Source: a virus. From it: a stretch of DNA of 64,000 nt. The DNA is taken from positions 37,704-101,703 of the IMG/VR virus record IMGVR_UViG_3300032285_003393. One strand, given 5' to 3'. A model generated the notes under the pieces. That model searched no databases and was not told the DNA's origin. It worked only from the letters and a program-made list of their open reading frames with translations. Below are positions 1 to 10,100 of the stretch, piece by piece; the first letter of the stretch is position 1; each line of letters begins with the position of its first letter. The position numbers were made by a program, and so were the translations under genes.

Positions 1-567
1 ACCAATTATATTCATTGTATTGGTAATTGCTATAGGTAACCCATAGGTTCTCCAGTATGAAAAACAAATATCTTCTTGTGCTGCTTTTGATGCAGCATAT
101 GGATTACTTGGAAGATGTAAGTCAACCCACTCTTTATGCTCATAACCTTCTTCAGCTGGGCCGTAAACCTCATCTGTTGATACTTGAACAATCTTTTCAA
201 TTGAAGGCTGTGTTCTTGCCCAGTCTAGAAGATGACAAATTAAAGCAACATTATTAAGAATAAAATTTGCTGGATCTTCAATACTACGCTTAACGTGGCT
301 TTCACTTGCTACATTAACTACATAATCAATTCGTCCCCACATTGCTGATGTAACAGGAGACACGGGAGCTGTTAAGTCTGTTTTAATTACTTTAACACGT
401 TTAAATGCATCTTCAATTCCATCTGTAGCAACTCTAATTCTATCTTGTATGCCTTTATGAGTAAAGGTTGTTGGACATACTATTTCCCAGTCTGTATTAA
501 CTAGGAAGTGTCGTAAGACGTGGCTTCCAACAAAGCCTGATGCTCCTGTTAGTAATACTCTTTTCAT
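1..567 (-). CDS. NAD-dependent epimerase/dehydratase, dTDP-glucose 4,6-dehydratase (RmlB/RfbB)-like; runs off the left edge
   Basis: Not in the ORF track; translated by hand from ATG at 567: MKRVLLTGASGFVGSH...ASESHVKRSIEDP...VSTDEVYG...PSNPYAASKAAQE, i.e. GxxGxxG, STDEVYG and YxxxK extended-SDR motifs. Confidence 0.9.
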   Translation of the reverse strand, partial: MKRVLLTGASGFVGSHVLRHFLVNTDWEIVCPTTFTHKGIQDRIRVATDGIEDAFKRVKVIKTDLTAPVSPVTSAMWGRIDYVVNVASESHVKRSIEDPANFILNNVALICHLLDWARTQPSIEKIVQVSTDEVYGPAEEGYEHKEWVDLHLPSNPYAASKAAQEDICFSYWRTYGLPIAITNTMNIIG

Positions 568-1184
568 TAAAAATTATCTCCCAAACATTCTTCTATATTG
601 ACCCATGTGTTTTCTTCACACATTTTTTGATAAATGGATCCATCGCTTGTGCCTTCATAACGATACCAAAAGTTATACTTAGCCCATAAATCTTTATGTG
701 CTACTAACTGCATGGCATCAATATTACATAATACTGGTGGAATTCCTCTAAAAGGTTGTCCATTAAAAGCTTTATAATGCCTTACTGTAAAGATTATTAT
801 ATCAGATTTTGTTTCTTCTATTTTGTTTTTAATAGTTTCAAAAGCATTTGTCTCAAATTGATTATCTATATTAAACTGAATATAGTAATCACATTCTGGC
901 AAATTCTCATATGCATATCTCATAGCATAATCTCTAGAGTAATGACCCCATTCACCTTTCCATTCAGGTGTATTTATTATATTAGGTGTTATGCCTAATT
1001 CATTAAATCCCGCCTCTTGATCGTAAGGATATTTTTTAGGACCATCATGACAAATAACAATATCAAAGTTTTGATATGTTTGTGCTGCTATTGTTTTAAG
1101 ACCTTCAATCATTCCATTTCTAGGGACGTGATTCTCATAATCTACAGCAATAATAGCAAATCTTGGGGGTTTTACCTCCGCCAT
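567..1184 (-). CDS. Glycosyltransferase family 2 (GT-A fold)
   Basis: QTYQNFDIVICHDG and YYIQFNIDN motifs, typical of a GT2 N-terminal domain. Confidence 0.8.
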   Translation of the reverse strand: MAEVKPPRFAIIAVDYENHVPRNGMIEGLKTIAAQTYQNFDIVICHDGPKKYPYDQEAGFNELGITPNIINTPEWKGEWGHYSRDYAMRYAYENLPECDYYIQFNIDNQFETNAFETIKNKIEETKSDIIIFTVRHYKAFNGQPFRGIPPVLCNIDAMQLVAHKDLWAKYNFWYRYEGTSDGSIYQKMCEENTWVNIEECLGDNF

Positions 1185-1828
1185 TCGTTTTGTCTCCTTC
1201 TTTCTAATTCCCAGCCTCTACAAGAATAATCTGCAGTTGCTCTTTTTTGATCTAAATAGGCACGGTTTGCTTCAAATGTATAACCATTCCTAATTGCATA
1301 ATGAACATCGCTATTTATTGTTAAGGAATTTCCAAAGCTTTCTACGGGAACAATATCTCCTAGTACACCGCCTTCAGCAATTATTCCTTCCAAGGTCATT
1401 CTCTCTTCATAATCATTATCTTCAAAATAAGCTGGATAAATATACTCATCAAATAGACCTACACGCTTTACAATATTCTCTCCAAGAGTGAAACAATTGT
1501 AAGATGCAGTAGATCTTACCATCCTATCTGAATTGCTGAGGTCGTTAAACTTTGGCAATGTTTCAGGTAAGAATTTTGTATCTACAGATGAGAACATCCA
1601 GTATTGAGCATATGGATAAAGCTTAATACCTAAATTCCAAGAACCAGATACACCTAAGTTTGAAGGAAGATTTAAAACTCTAACATTTAAATCTTCTCTC
1701 TTAGATTCATACTTTTCTTCACCATTGTTAATAATAAGAATTTCTTCTATTGGATAATCAATAGAAGCAAGTGCTTGATCTAATAGGTCATACCTATTTA
1801 AAATTGGAATTATCAGTACTGGAATCAT
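1172..1828 (-). CDS. Glycosyltransferase family 2-like, paralog A
   Basis: IPILNRYDLL, ILIINNG, NLGVSGSWNLG, VGLFDEYIYPAYFEDNDY. Confidence 0.8.
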   Translation of the reverse strand: MIPVLIIPILNRYDLLDQALASIDYPIEEILIINNGEEKYESKREDLNVRVLNLPSNLGVSGSWNLGIKLYPYAQYWMFSSVDTKFLPETLPKFNDLSNSDRMVRSTASYNCFTLGENIVKRVGLFDEYIYPAYFEDNDYEERMTLEGIIAEGGVLGDIVPVESFGNSLTINSDVHYAIRNGYTFEANRAYLDQKRATADYSCRGWELERRRQNEWRR

Positions 1829-2448
1829 TTTTGTTTTTGCACAGCCAATACTATATTGTCATACAAGCCATAAATATCATCTTTTACCATATCATTCATA
1901 TTGATTAAAAATACTTTGTGTCCCATTGATTCCAAGCTTTTTGCAAACTCTACTGCCTTTTCTTCATCTTGAAGTTTAATATCTTCAACTATGTACCAGC
2001 CTCCAATATTTAACCATTTTGGAAACGTTTTATTTAAAGTATCAACAATATTTTCCCACATGTGAGAACCATCGTCAACAATCATTTCATATCTTTGACC
2101 CTTTAGTATATGATAAACATAGTCAAAAGATGGAAGAGAGTTCTGGTCTACAAATAAAGTTCTAATATTATGCTCCTGGAATAAAAATGCTTGATTATTA
2201 TCCAAGCCTACAACATCTACTCCCTGAAAGATTTTTCTCCACGATCTAAGTGAAGCTCCTTGATAAACTCCAACTTCAAGAACATCATTTACAGTATCTT
2301 CATCTTTAAACAATGCTGCATAAACATCATGATAGTTGTGTCTGTCTGATGATTTATCTGCCCCATATTCTTCAAATACACTTTTAAATCTTTCAATTTT
2401 TTCTTTTGTTGGGGTCCCTGTATATTCATATAGGTCTTTTAAAACCAT
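1825..2448 (-). CDS. Class I SAM-dependent methyltransferase (sugar O-methyltransferase-like)
   Basis: DK..HNY, VLEVGVYQGASL, IVDDGSH, GGWYIVED motifs; start moved to ATG 2448, which has an AAGGAG RBS. Confidence 0.8.
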   Translation of the reverse strand: MVLKDLYEYTGTPTKEKIERFKSVFEEYGADKSSDRHNYHDVYAALFKDEDTVNDVLEVGVYQGASLRSWRKIFQGVDVVGLDNNQAFLFQEHNIRTLFVDQNSLPSFDYVYHILKGQRYEMIVDDGSHMWENIVDTLNKTFPKWLNIGGWYIVEDIKLQDEEKAVEFAKSLESMGHKVFLINMNDMVKDDIYGLYDNIVLAVQKQK

Positions 2449-3080
2449 TCGTTTTCTCTCCTTCTTTTTAAGTTCCAGCCTTTGCAAGTATAGTCACCGC
2501 TCAAAACTTTAGAACGATAATAATCTCCATTAAGCTGATATGTTTTATTGTTTTTTATAGCAAAGTTTTCATTGCTTCTAACTGTTTGCGATCCGCCGTG
2601 TGCATCAATTTCTGCTCCATGTACGGGAGTTGTTTCAATTCCCAACTGTGTTGCTCTGTCATTATAATCATTGTCTTCATAATAAGCGGGATATATATAT
2701 TCATCAAATAATCCAACTTTTTCTACTACTTGCTCACCTAATGAAAAACAATGAAATCCTGAAACTAATTTAAATTTATCTGGACCACTTTGAGAACAAA
2801 TTTTTTCTAAAGTCCCAGGCATAAAACTTGTATCGTTTGACGATATTAACCACCAAGGTTTATGAGGATAGCTTTTAATTCCTAAATTCCAAGATCCCGA
2901 TGTCCCTAAATTTGATGGCATATTTAAAATTGTTATATTTAAATGTGAGAAATTAGGCTCATATTTTTCAATACCATTATTAATTATTAAAATATCTTCA
3001 ATTGGATAGTCAATTGAAGCAAGTGCTTCATCAAGTAAATCATATCTATTTAGCACAGGAATAATTAGTGCTGGAATCAT
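2439..3080 (-). CDS. Glycosyltransferase family 2-like, paralog B
   Basis: Near-identical termini to 1172..1828 (MIPALIIPVLNRYDLLD...VGLFDEYIYPAYYEDNDY...GWNLKRRRENEW). Confidence 0.8.
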   Translation of the reverse strand: MIPALIIPVLNRYDLLDEALASIDYPIEDILIINNGIEKYEPNFSHLNITILNMPSNLGTSGSWNLGIKSYPHKPWWLISSNDTSFMPGTLEKICSQSGPDKFKLVSGFHCFSLGEQVVEKVGLFDEYIYPAYYEDNDYNDRATQLGIETTPVHGAEIDAHGGSQTVRSNENFAIKNNKTYQLNGDYYRSKVLSGDYTCKGWNLKRRRENEWF

Positions 3081-3220
3081 TTCTTTTTTAATCCATACTT
3101 CTCTAGGTATCTTACTATTGTCATATGGCTACATCCCGCTTCTTTAGCAATTGTAACCACATCTTTTCTTTGAACTATATATCTACTATATAGCCAATCT
3201 TTATTCTCATACAGCTTCAT
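3077..3220 (-). CDS. Small helix-turn-helix DNA-binding protein (47 aa)
   Basis: Hand translation MKLYENKDWLYSRYIVQRKDVVTIAKEAGCSHMTIVRYLEKYGLKKK; HTH pattern; overlaps both neighbours. Confidence 0.7.
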   Translation of the reverse strand: MKLYENKDWLYSRYIVQRKDVVTIAKEAGCSHMTIVRYLEKYGLKKK

Positions 3221-3767
3221 TTACTGCCCACCATGCGATCCCTGTTGCATCTGCAACATTGTTGTTGTCTGTATTAACCCCAAGTGTTCTGACAAAGTCT
3301 ATTGTTTTTTGTTTTCTTTTTTCTCTGACTTTGTTTTTGTACCAGGAATCTGTTTTTCCTGGGAACTCTTTTTTGACGGCTTCCTTTTCAGATTTTGTAA
3401 AATTAGGATTGTTGATGAAGCCCTGCCATTTAAGCGGGTGGACTTCAATAATTTTGATATCATTATCTATCAACTCCCCTATAATTGTACCAAACACATA
3501 GGCCATTTTCAAACCAGTTGCTACTGATTTTACTGAAACTGCTGCTTCTAAAGCTATAAAGTCATAATCTAAATATTGTTTTACAGAATGTACTTTCTTC
3601 TTTGCATCAAGAATTCTTTCATACACACTATCTCCTTCAAAAATAACTTCTCCCCATTTTACAGGTTTGTTTTCATCCATAAGACAAAAAGCTATGCTAT
3701 GGGTACTTGCATCTATTCCTAAAACTTTCTTTGCTTTAGGCTTTACTAAGTCAGATAGAGAACCCAT
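3207..3767 (-). CDS. ruvC: RuvC-like Holliday junction resolvase
   Basis: VLGIDAS, IALE, and C-terminal NNVADATGIA acidic catalytic motifs. Confidence 0.8.
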   Translation of the reverse strand: MGSLSDLVKPKAKKVLGIDASTHSIAFCLMDENKPVKWGEVIFEGDSVYERILDAKKKVHSVKQYLDYDFIALEAAVSVKSVATGLKMAYVFGTIIGELIDNDIKIIEVHPLKWQGFINNPNFTKSEKEAVKKEFPGKTDSWYKNKVREKRKQKTIDFVRTLGVNTDNNNVADATGIAWWAVNEAV

Positions 3768-4041
3768 TTAATATCCTCAACACTTCTTGTCTTTCATTTT
3801 CACGCTCTTTTGATAAGCATGATCCACAAATATCTCCTGCATTATACATGGTTAACTCAAACTCACAGCCTCTATTTTTGCAATACCTTTTCTTGCCTGC
3901 AAGCCTTTGCTTTCTATCTTGATACTTCTTTTTAATATTAAGATTAGTAGCAATCTTGCAACACTCATCTGAGCAATATTTTTGGTTATGAGTTCTAGGC
4001 TCAAATTTATTCTTGCAAGGCTTATATGCACATTTAATCAT
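3751..4041 (-). CDS. Cys-rich (zinc-binding) hypothetical protein
   Basis: CAYKPC, QKYCSDECC, CKNRGC, CGSC; overlap-coupled with neighbours. Confidence 0.65.
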   Translation of the reverse strand: MIKCAYKPCKNKFEPRTHNQKYCSDECCKIATNLNIKKKYQDRKQRLAGKKRYCKNRGCEFELTMYNAGDICGSCLSKERENERQEVLRILNGFSI

Positions 4042-4823
4042 TTTGGAACCACCATCAAAGGATACTCTACATCCCCAAGATCATTTTTCATTTCTTTCCA
4101 GCAAACTTTCTTGACTGGACAATACGAGCAAGGCATTCTTGTTTTGCTCTCTGAAGGTCTATTTGGAAGAGTTTGATCTTGATAAAGCTTATAAACTCCA
4201 CGCAACCAGTCAAAAACATAATCAATAATCTCTTCATTTTTTTTATCAAAATTAATTAAAATCCAAAGTGCTGAATTATCATTTTTATTCTCATAAAGAA
4301 AAGCCCCTTGCTTATATCCTTTTATCTTCATGTAAGTAAGCAATTGAACTCTATGGTTGTCTGTTGGCTGAAGAGTCACTGATTTAGAAGTCCAGACTTC
4401 GTCTTTAGCAGATTTAATTTCTATTGGGTATTCTGCTTCTCCATCAGTTATAAGTGTATCCATAAATCCATGGATTGGTGGATCATCGTATGTCATATCA
4501 ATTTCATGAGCAACAACTTTATAAGTCTTATCCATCTTACTTAAACGTTCTTGCAAACGATCATGGACATAGTTTCCATTTTCCATGTTTGCTTTACCCT
4601 GTGCAGTTGCAGTATCTTCAAACTCTGCTCCATTAAAAGCAATATACCAGTACCTAGCACAATTACCATGACCATACCCTATTGTTGATGGGGCAAAGGT
4701 TTTCTTTTGAGTAAATCCCGCTTTGCTTTCGTAAGTACTATTAAACTCTTCTGCAAGCTTATAAACATTAAGACCTTCCTTAACGCTATCTACTCTTTTA
4801 TTTACTAATCTTCCAATACCCAA
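4038..4823 (-). CDS. Cas4-like PD-(D/E)XK exonuclease with Fe-S cysteines
   Basis: N-terminal C (GNCARY), GFMD...IEIKS, QLLTYM, C-terminal CSYCPVKKVC. Confidence 0.8.
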   Translation of the reverse strand: MGIGRLVNKRVDSVKEGLNVYKLAEEFNSTYESKAGFTQKKTFAPSTIGYGHGNCARYWYIAFNGAEFEDTATAQGKANMENGNYVHDRLQERLSKMDKTYKVVAHEIDMTYDDPPIHGFMDTLITDGEAEYPIEIKSAKDEVWTSKSVTLQPTDNHRVQLLTYMKIKGYKQGAFLYENKNDNSALWILINFDKKNEEIIDYVFDWLRGVYKLYQDQTLPNRPSESKTRMPCSYCPVKKVCWKEMKNDLGDVEYPLMVVPK

Positions 4824-5153
4824 TTAAGCACCAAACCTAGCTGAATACTTTAATGCATCAACTAGTTTGTCAATAGCATCTGCTGCAGTATAGTAGGTAT
4901 TCTTTCTTTTTGAAGCTTCCCCACCTTTTTCAAAGGTAGTGTAATATCTTGCTTGCATAGCAAACTTAGAACTGATTGCTTGTAACTGGACAATAAGCGA
5001 AGGAGCTTTAGTTGATGGAACATCAGGCTTAGTAATTAATTTAATTATAAGGTCTAACGCTGCATCTAAATCTTTGTCATTCATAAACTCAGACATATCG
5101 TTGAATTCTGTAACAACACTAACCTGTTCTATGACTGTTGGCTGTTCCGCCAT
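4824..5153 (-). CDS. Hypothetical protein
   Basis: 109-aa helical ORF in operon with GGAGG RBS. Confidence 0.65.
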   Translation of the reverse strand: MAEQPTVIEQVSVVTEFNDMSEFMNDKDLDAALDLIIKLITKPDVPSTKAPSLIVQLQAISSKFAMQARYYTTFEKGGEASKRKNTYYTAADAIDKLVDALKYSARFGA

Positions 5154-5440
5154 GCTTCCTCCATCTGTTCAAATAATGACCACTCAATTACTGCAAGTCT
5201 AGTTTTTTGTTTTTCTTCCCCAAGTATTAGTTTTAAGACTGGATACTTTTCACGAGATACTTTAAATGTATCTGTACATATCTTTGCCCAGATTTCTCTA
5301 CTGATGGAAATAGACTTTGAATATTCTTTATAATCTACTACAAAATCATTCCAGATAGCATCACCTTTTTGATAAGCTCCACGACCTGAATTTTTTTGTG
5401 CCTTTGCACCGTCACGCTTTACTTCTCCTCTTTCAGACAA
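5129..5440 (-). CDS. Holliday junction resolvase-like PD-(D/E)XK nuclease (Hjc type)
   Basis: E...NSGRG..KGD....VVDYKE motif; TTG start. Confidence 0.6.
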   Translation of the reverse strand: MSERGEVKRDGAKAQKNSGRGAYQKGDAIWNDFVVDYKEYSKSISISREIWAKICTDTFKVSREKYPVLKLILGEEKQKTRLAVIEWSLFEQMEEAWRNSQQS

Positions 5441-5612
5441 AAGATTGCTCCGATCTGTGATTATTCTTACAGATCCAAAACATTAAACCTTTGTTTGAAT
5501 TCCACCAAGCAAAGTCAACATCAAGGTCGCAATATTTACATCCATAACGACCATACAACTTTTCACAACCTGGTTCATCTTTAGGCTGCATGAAATTACT
5601 AATTTTGCTCAT
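5433..5612 (-). CDS. Small zinc-ribbon hypothetical protein (59 aa)
   Basis: Hand translation MSKISNFMQPKDEPGCEKLYGRYGCKYCDLDVDFAWWNSNKGLMFWICKNNHRSEQSFV; fills the gap and overlaps both neighbours. Confidence 0.6.
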   Translation of the reverse strand: MSKISNFMQPKDEPGCEKLYGRYGCKYCDLDVDFAWWNSNKGLMFWICKNNHRSEQSFV

Positions 5613-6603
5613 AAATTTTTGTTTTCAACTCTTCAACTATTTTTGGGTTCTCTCTTAGATACTCTAAGGTTTTAGCACGTCCTTGAAAACGCTCTTCCCC
5701 TACTGTATACCAAGCTCCACCCTTTTGTATTTTGCCCATCATTTCAGAAACATCAAGGACTTCTCCAACACTGTCAACCCCAAGATTTTCCCCTTGATAG
5801 TAAAAGTCGTATTGACCAGAAAGGTTAGGGGGTCCAAGCTTATTATAGTCAATGATCCAGTTAACGGGCCTACCGACTTTTTGTTCAATAATCTTATCGC
5901 CAACTTGTATGCCTGATTTAATAGCATTTGCTTCGGCTTCTGAAGACCAGAGCTTAATGACTGTTGATGAGAAAAACTTAACCGCCATTCCCCCTGTTGG
6001 AATATGAGAGGCATGCATAGATCCAAACTGATTCCTTTGTTGGGAGATAAGAACAAGAAGTGTATTTTTGTTTGCATAATTAAGCATTTTGACTGCATGT
6101 GTCATATCCTTTGCTTCTGCACCAATTTGCTTGGTGTCTTCAAGTTTCTTTAACTCTGAACTATCTTTTTCAAAATAAATAGCTGGAAGTAATGCTGATA
6201 TAGAATCTACAACAATAATGTCAACTTCTGCTTCCATAAGTTGCTGAGCAATATCAACCATATCATTGATTGTTTTTGCTGGGGAATAGATAAGGGAAGA
6301 TGAATCTACTCCCAGCATTTCAGCCCACTTTGGATCGTAAGATGCTTCTGCATCAATCCATGCACAAGTCTTGCCTTCTTTTTGAGCCATTGCAATCATT
6401 TGCAAACAAAATGATGACTTACCAGCAGACTTGTTGCCCCAAACTAAAATCTGGCGACCAAACCCTAGTCCGCCTTTCAAAGCCATATTTAATCCAATAC
6501 TTGGAGTTTTCTGCTTTTTTGATTCTACGGTTGTTGCTAGCTGGACTCTTTGCCTTGTTTTTGCATCAAGTCTAGCTAAAATATCTTCTGCTAATATTGC
6601 CAT
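5599..6603 (-). CDS. recA: RecA/UvsX recombinase
   Basis: Walker A GNKSAGKS, WIDAE, IIVVDSI, GGMAVKFFSS, GGAWY. Confidence 0.92.
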   Translation of the reverse strand: MAILAEDILARLDAKTRQRVQLATTVESKKQKTPSIGLNMALKGGLGFGRQILVWGNKSAGKSSFCLQMIAMAQKEGKTCAWIDAEASYDPKWAEMLGVDSSSLIYSPAKTINDMVDIAQQLMEAEVDIIVVDSISALLPAIYFEKDSSELKKLEDTKQIGAEAKDMTHAVKMLNYANKNTLLVLISQQRNQFGSMHASHIPTGGMAVKFFSSTVIKLWSSEAEANAIKSGIQVGDKIIEQKVGRPVNWIIDYNKLGPPNLSGQYDFYYQGENLGVDSVGEVLDVSEMMGKIQKGGAWYTVGEERFQGRAKTLEYLRENPKIVEELKTKIYEQN

Positions 6604-6617
6604 TTTATTCCTAACTA

Positions 6618-6938
6618 TTAAAATTTGTTGCCATGCAGATTTGCACGACTTTTATTGATATTATTCTTTTCTTTAATGATTGAATCAATATCGTGTGTTA
6701 TATCTCCATGTTCTAGCATGGCAGCATATAGATCAAGAAGTCTGATGATTACATCAGCCATCTCTTCTACAATTTGTTGAGACCCTTTATCTTTACGGAT
6801 AGCTTCCAAAACTTCAGTAACTTCCGAATGCACAAGAGCAAGTTTATTACCCACCTTGTCATAGTTATATTCGCCATCCCAAAAACCTTTTGATACAGAT
6901 ACTTGGTGAAAATTACTTGCTAGCCTGTTCAGCTTCAA
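6618..6938 (-). CDS. MazG-like nucleotide pyrophosphohydrolase
   Basis: LALVHSEVTEVLEAIRK...EEMADVIIRLLD. Confidence 0.82.
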   Translation of the reverse strand: MKLNRLASNFHQVSVSKGFWDGEYNYDKVGNKLALVHSEVTEVLEAIRKDKGSQQIVEEMADVIIRLLDLYAAMLEHGDITHDIDSIIKEKNNINKSRANLHGNKF

Positions 6939-7182
6939 TTGCTACCTCTTCTTGTACAGGTAAATCAGTAAGATCAAACTTTACAGAGCCGTCTTCAAAC
7001 TGTTCAACTTTAATTGTCTTTGCACCGTAATTTGCAACAAGGTCTTCAACCTTAATTGTTACAGAACCAATTGTGTGCAAAATAGCAGCCAAGATTTGGT
7101 CTACAGAAATGTTTACATTTTGATTTTCTGGAGCTTGCTCTACTGCTTCTTGTGTTACTTCTGTTGTTGTCTCTTCAGACAT
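6913..7182 (-). CDS. Acidic hypothetical protein
   Basis: 89-aa ORF, AAGGAG RBS, coupled to dnaE stop. Confidence 0.6.
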   Translation of the reverse strand: MSEETTTEVTQEAVEQAPENQNVNISVDQILAAILHTIGSVTIKVEDLVANYGAKTIKVEQFEDGSVKFDLTDLPVQEEVAIEAEQASK

Positions 7183-10100
7183 TATGATATCTCCTTTATG
7201 AATTTAGTACCATCATCTAGCATCCCGATGGTTGGAATGCAGAAAGAACCTGGTTTCATTTTCCCAAGTGCCAGTGTGTAAGTTTTTGGAAACGCAATCA
7301 CACGAAACATTTCTTTCTGCTCGTTGCAATATATGATGTGTGCCATCATTTTATTTGCCTTTGTTTTGTAATGGGTAAAGTCCACAACATAACTCTTATT
7401 TTCTGGAATACCCAAATCTTTATTGTGTAGATAGTTTACAAAAGGATCATCCTTTTTGTTTACTATGTCCTCTATTGTAACATACTTATGAATTCTATTA
7501 TCGCCAACAAGGAAAAAATACATGACTCCCGTCTCAATTTGTGTATTTTCTGTATGGAAAATACCAATAGAACCTGTATCATCTACCAGCTCAACACGGG
7601 ACCAGCCCTTGCCCTTCTTAATAGATTTTACCATAGCACATAATACGAAAACGCCTTCTTCAAGAAAATCTTCTAGTGGGTTAATCTGAGATTTAATATA
7701 TGGAGTAATCCCACGAGTATCAAACTTAGGTATACTTAGATATTCGTAATACTTCTCAGATTCTTCACCAGTTCGTGGATTATCCTCAAACGTTGCTGCT
7801 CCGATAATGTTGAGCGTAGATACTGCTCTTGAGTTGATTCCTGATCTTTTTGTTCCAGCCACTTCCAAAAGGTGAGCATATGACTTGAATGGTCTTGCAT
7901 TTATAATCTTCTTTCCTATATTTTCTGATATGTATTTTACATTAGAAAGACCAAATCTAATAGAATTACCTTGAATAATAAAGTCCAGCTCAGATTCATT
8001 TACATGTGGCAATAGTACTTTAATGCCAAGTCTCTTTGCTTCCAGCAAGTATTCTGTTCTGGTATCCTTATTGCCTTCGTTTTTCAACAAAGCAAATACA
8101 AATTCAAGTGGATAATAATGCTTTAGCCAAGCTGTCCAATAGGAAAGCATTGAATATGCTACAGCATGCGAACGGTTAAATGAATACCCAGCGTGTGCTT
8201 CAAAATCATGCCATAGATGCTCAGCATCTTCTTTGCTGATATATTGACGAGCACCCTCAATAAACTTATCTTTAAATACGTCAAACTCTCTTGCATCTTT
8301 CTTTTTACCAATAATCTTACGAACCTTATCAGCTTCAGACCATGACATCCCACCCAAGTGTACGCAAGCTTGCATAACCTGTTCCTGATAAATAATAACT
8401 CCATAGGTACGTTCTGTAAATGGTTGCATTATTGGATGAACATATTTAACTATTTTCTCCCCACGCTTGCGAGCAAGGTATTCGGCTCCAACAGTGTTCA
8501 TAGCACCTGGACGAACAAGAGCATTTGAAGCAACCATGTCTTCAAACTTATCTACACCCATTTTAATAAGAAGATTTGTGTATGGAGTTGCTTCTGCCTG
8601 AAACACACCTTTGGTAAAACCATTTGATAAATCTTCAAATACTGCTTTATCATCTAGTGATAAACTATTTAAATTAATATTCTTATTATGTCTATCTTTA
8701 ACTATCTTTAATGTATCTTGAATAACAGATAAAGTTTTAAGTCCAAGTACGTCAAATTTAATAAGACCTATCTCAGCAGCTTGATCCATATCATAAGCAA
8801 CAACAGGAACTCTTCCACTAACGTCATCGCTATTATCACTTCTGGTTTCAATCGGGGCATAAGTTGAAATTGGATCTTTAGCAACAACAACGCCTGCAGC
8901 ATGAATACCCACGCTACGGATGCGACCACGAAGATTAGAGGCAAACTCAATAACTTCAGGATATTTTTGCTTAAACCAGTCAACATTGCTATTAGATTCA
9001 AACTCTTCAAATGTCTCAACTCCTTTTAATGCTTTGTTAACTTCGCCAAGTGGAACATTAAATACACGAGCAGCATCACGAACAACACCTTTATCTTTAA
9101 AATATTGGTATGTTGAGATTGATGCTACATTTTTAAACTTCTTGCGAAGGAATTCTTTTACTTCTCCACGTCTACGATCCATAAAGTCTGTATCAATATC
9201 AGGAAAGTCATTACGCTCAGGATTAATAAAACGGAAAAATAGCAAGTCATATTCAATTGGATCTACTTCCGTAATTCCAAGTAAATAGCATACCAAAGAG
9301 CCTGCTGCTGAACCACGTCCTGGGCCAACCATAATTTCATTTTCTTTTGCCCAGCTAACCATGTCACTAACAACAAGGAAGTAACTGCTAAAATCTTTAT
9401 CCTTGATAACTTTTAATTCTTCTTCAAGTCTTTCTTTGTACACTTCACTATCTAATTTCTTTTCTGAAAGAGATAGATTACACAATTCAACTAACTGATT
9501 ATGTGCATCCTTTTTAGGTTTTGGAAGTAGTTGCAAATTCTCATGAAAATCATAGTCTCCAACTTTTTCTGCAACTTCCATTGTGTTTAAGTAAATATCT
9601 TCAGGCCACTCTTTTCCAAAGTCAGACTTAATCTCATCATAGGTTTGGATATAAACATTGATATCCTGAAAACTGATAGGACGATCTGGATAAAGATGAT
9701 TAAATCTGTCAAAGATATTTTTAATCTTTTTACCAGAGTCGTAGTCTGTTCCTTCTGCTTGGTTTGGCTTAGTTGATAAAATTAGAAGTGCTTCTTCAAG
9801 TGCTTTTTGGTCTTTTGTTGCATAATGGCAATCGCCAGTAGCAATAAGTTTAATACCCAACTTATCTGATATTTGTCGCAATCCATCATTAACTATTTTG
9901 TCATTATGTGATTGAACTTCAAGATAAAAGTCGTCACCAAATCTATTAACAAACCAGTTAGCATATACCATTGCTTTATCAATATCATCATTTTGTAAGG
10001 CTTTAGCAATAAGCCCATTCATACATCCAGATAATACGATGAGCCCATCCCCATATTCATCAAGAACTTCTAGGTCAATTCTAGGCTTACGGTAATATCC

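Noticed and set aside
4038-4823. Cas4-like gene as sign of a CRISPR-Cas system
   Set aside because: No cas1/cas2 or repeat-spacer array; solo Cas4-like nucleases are common in phage recombination modules
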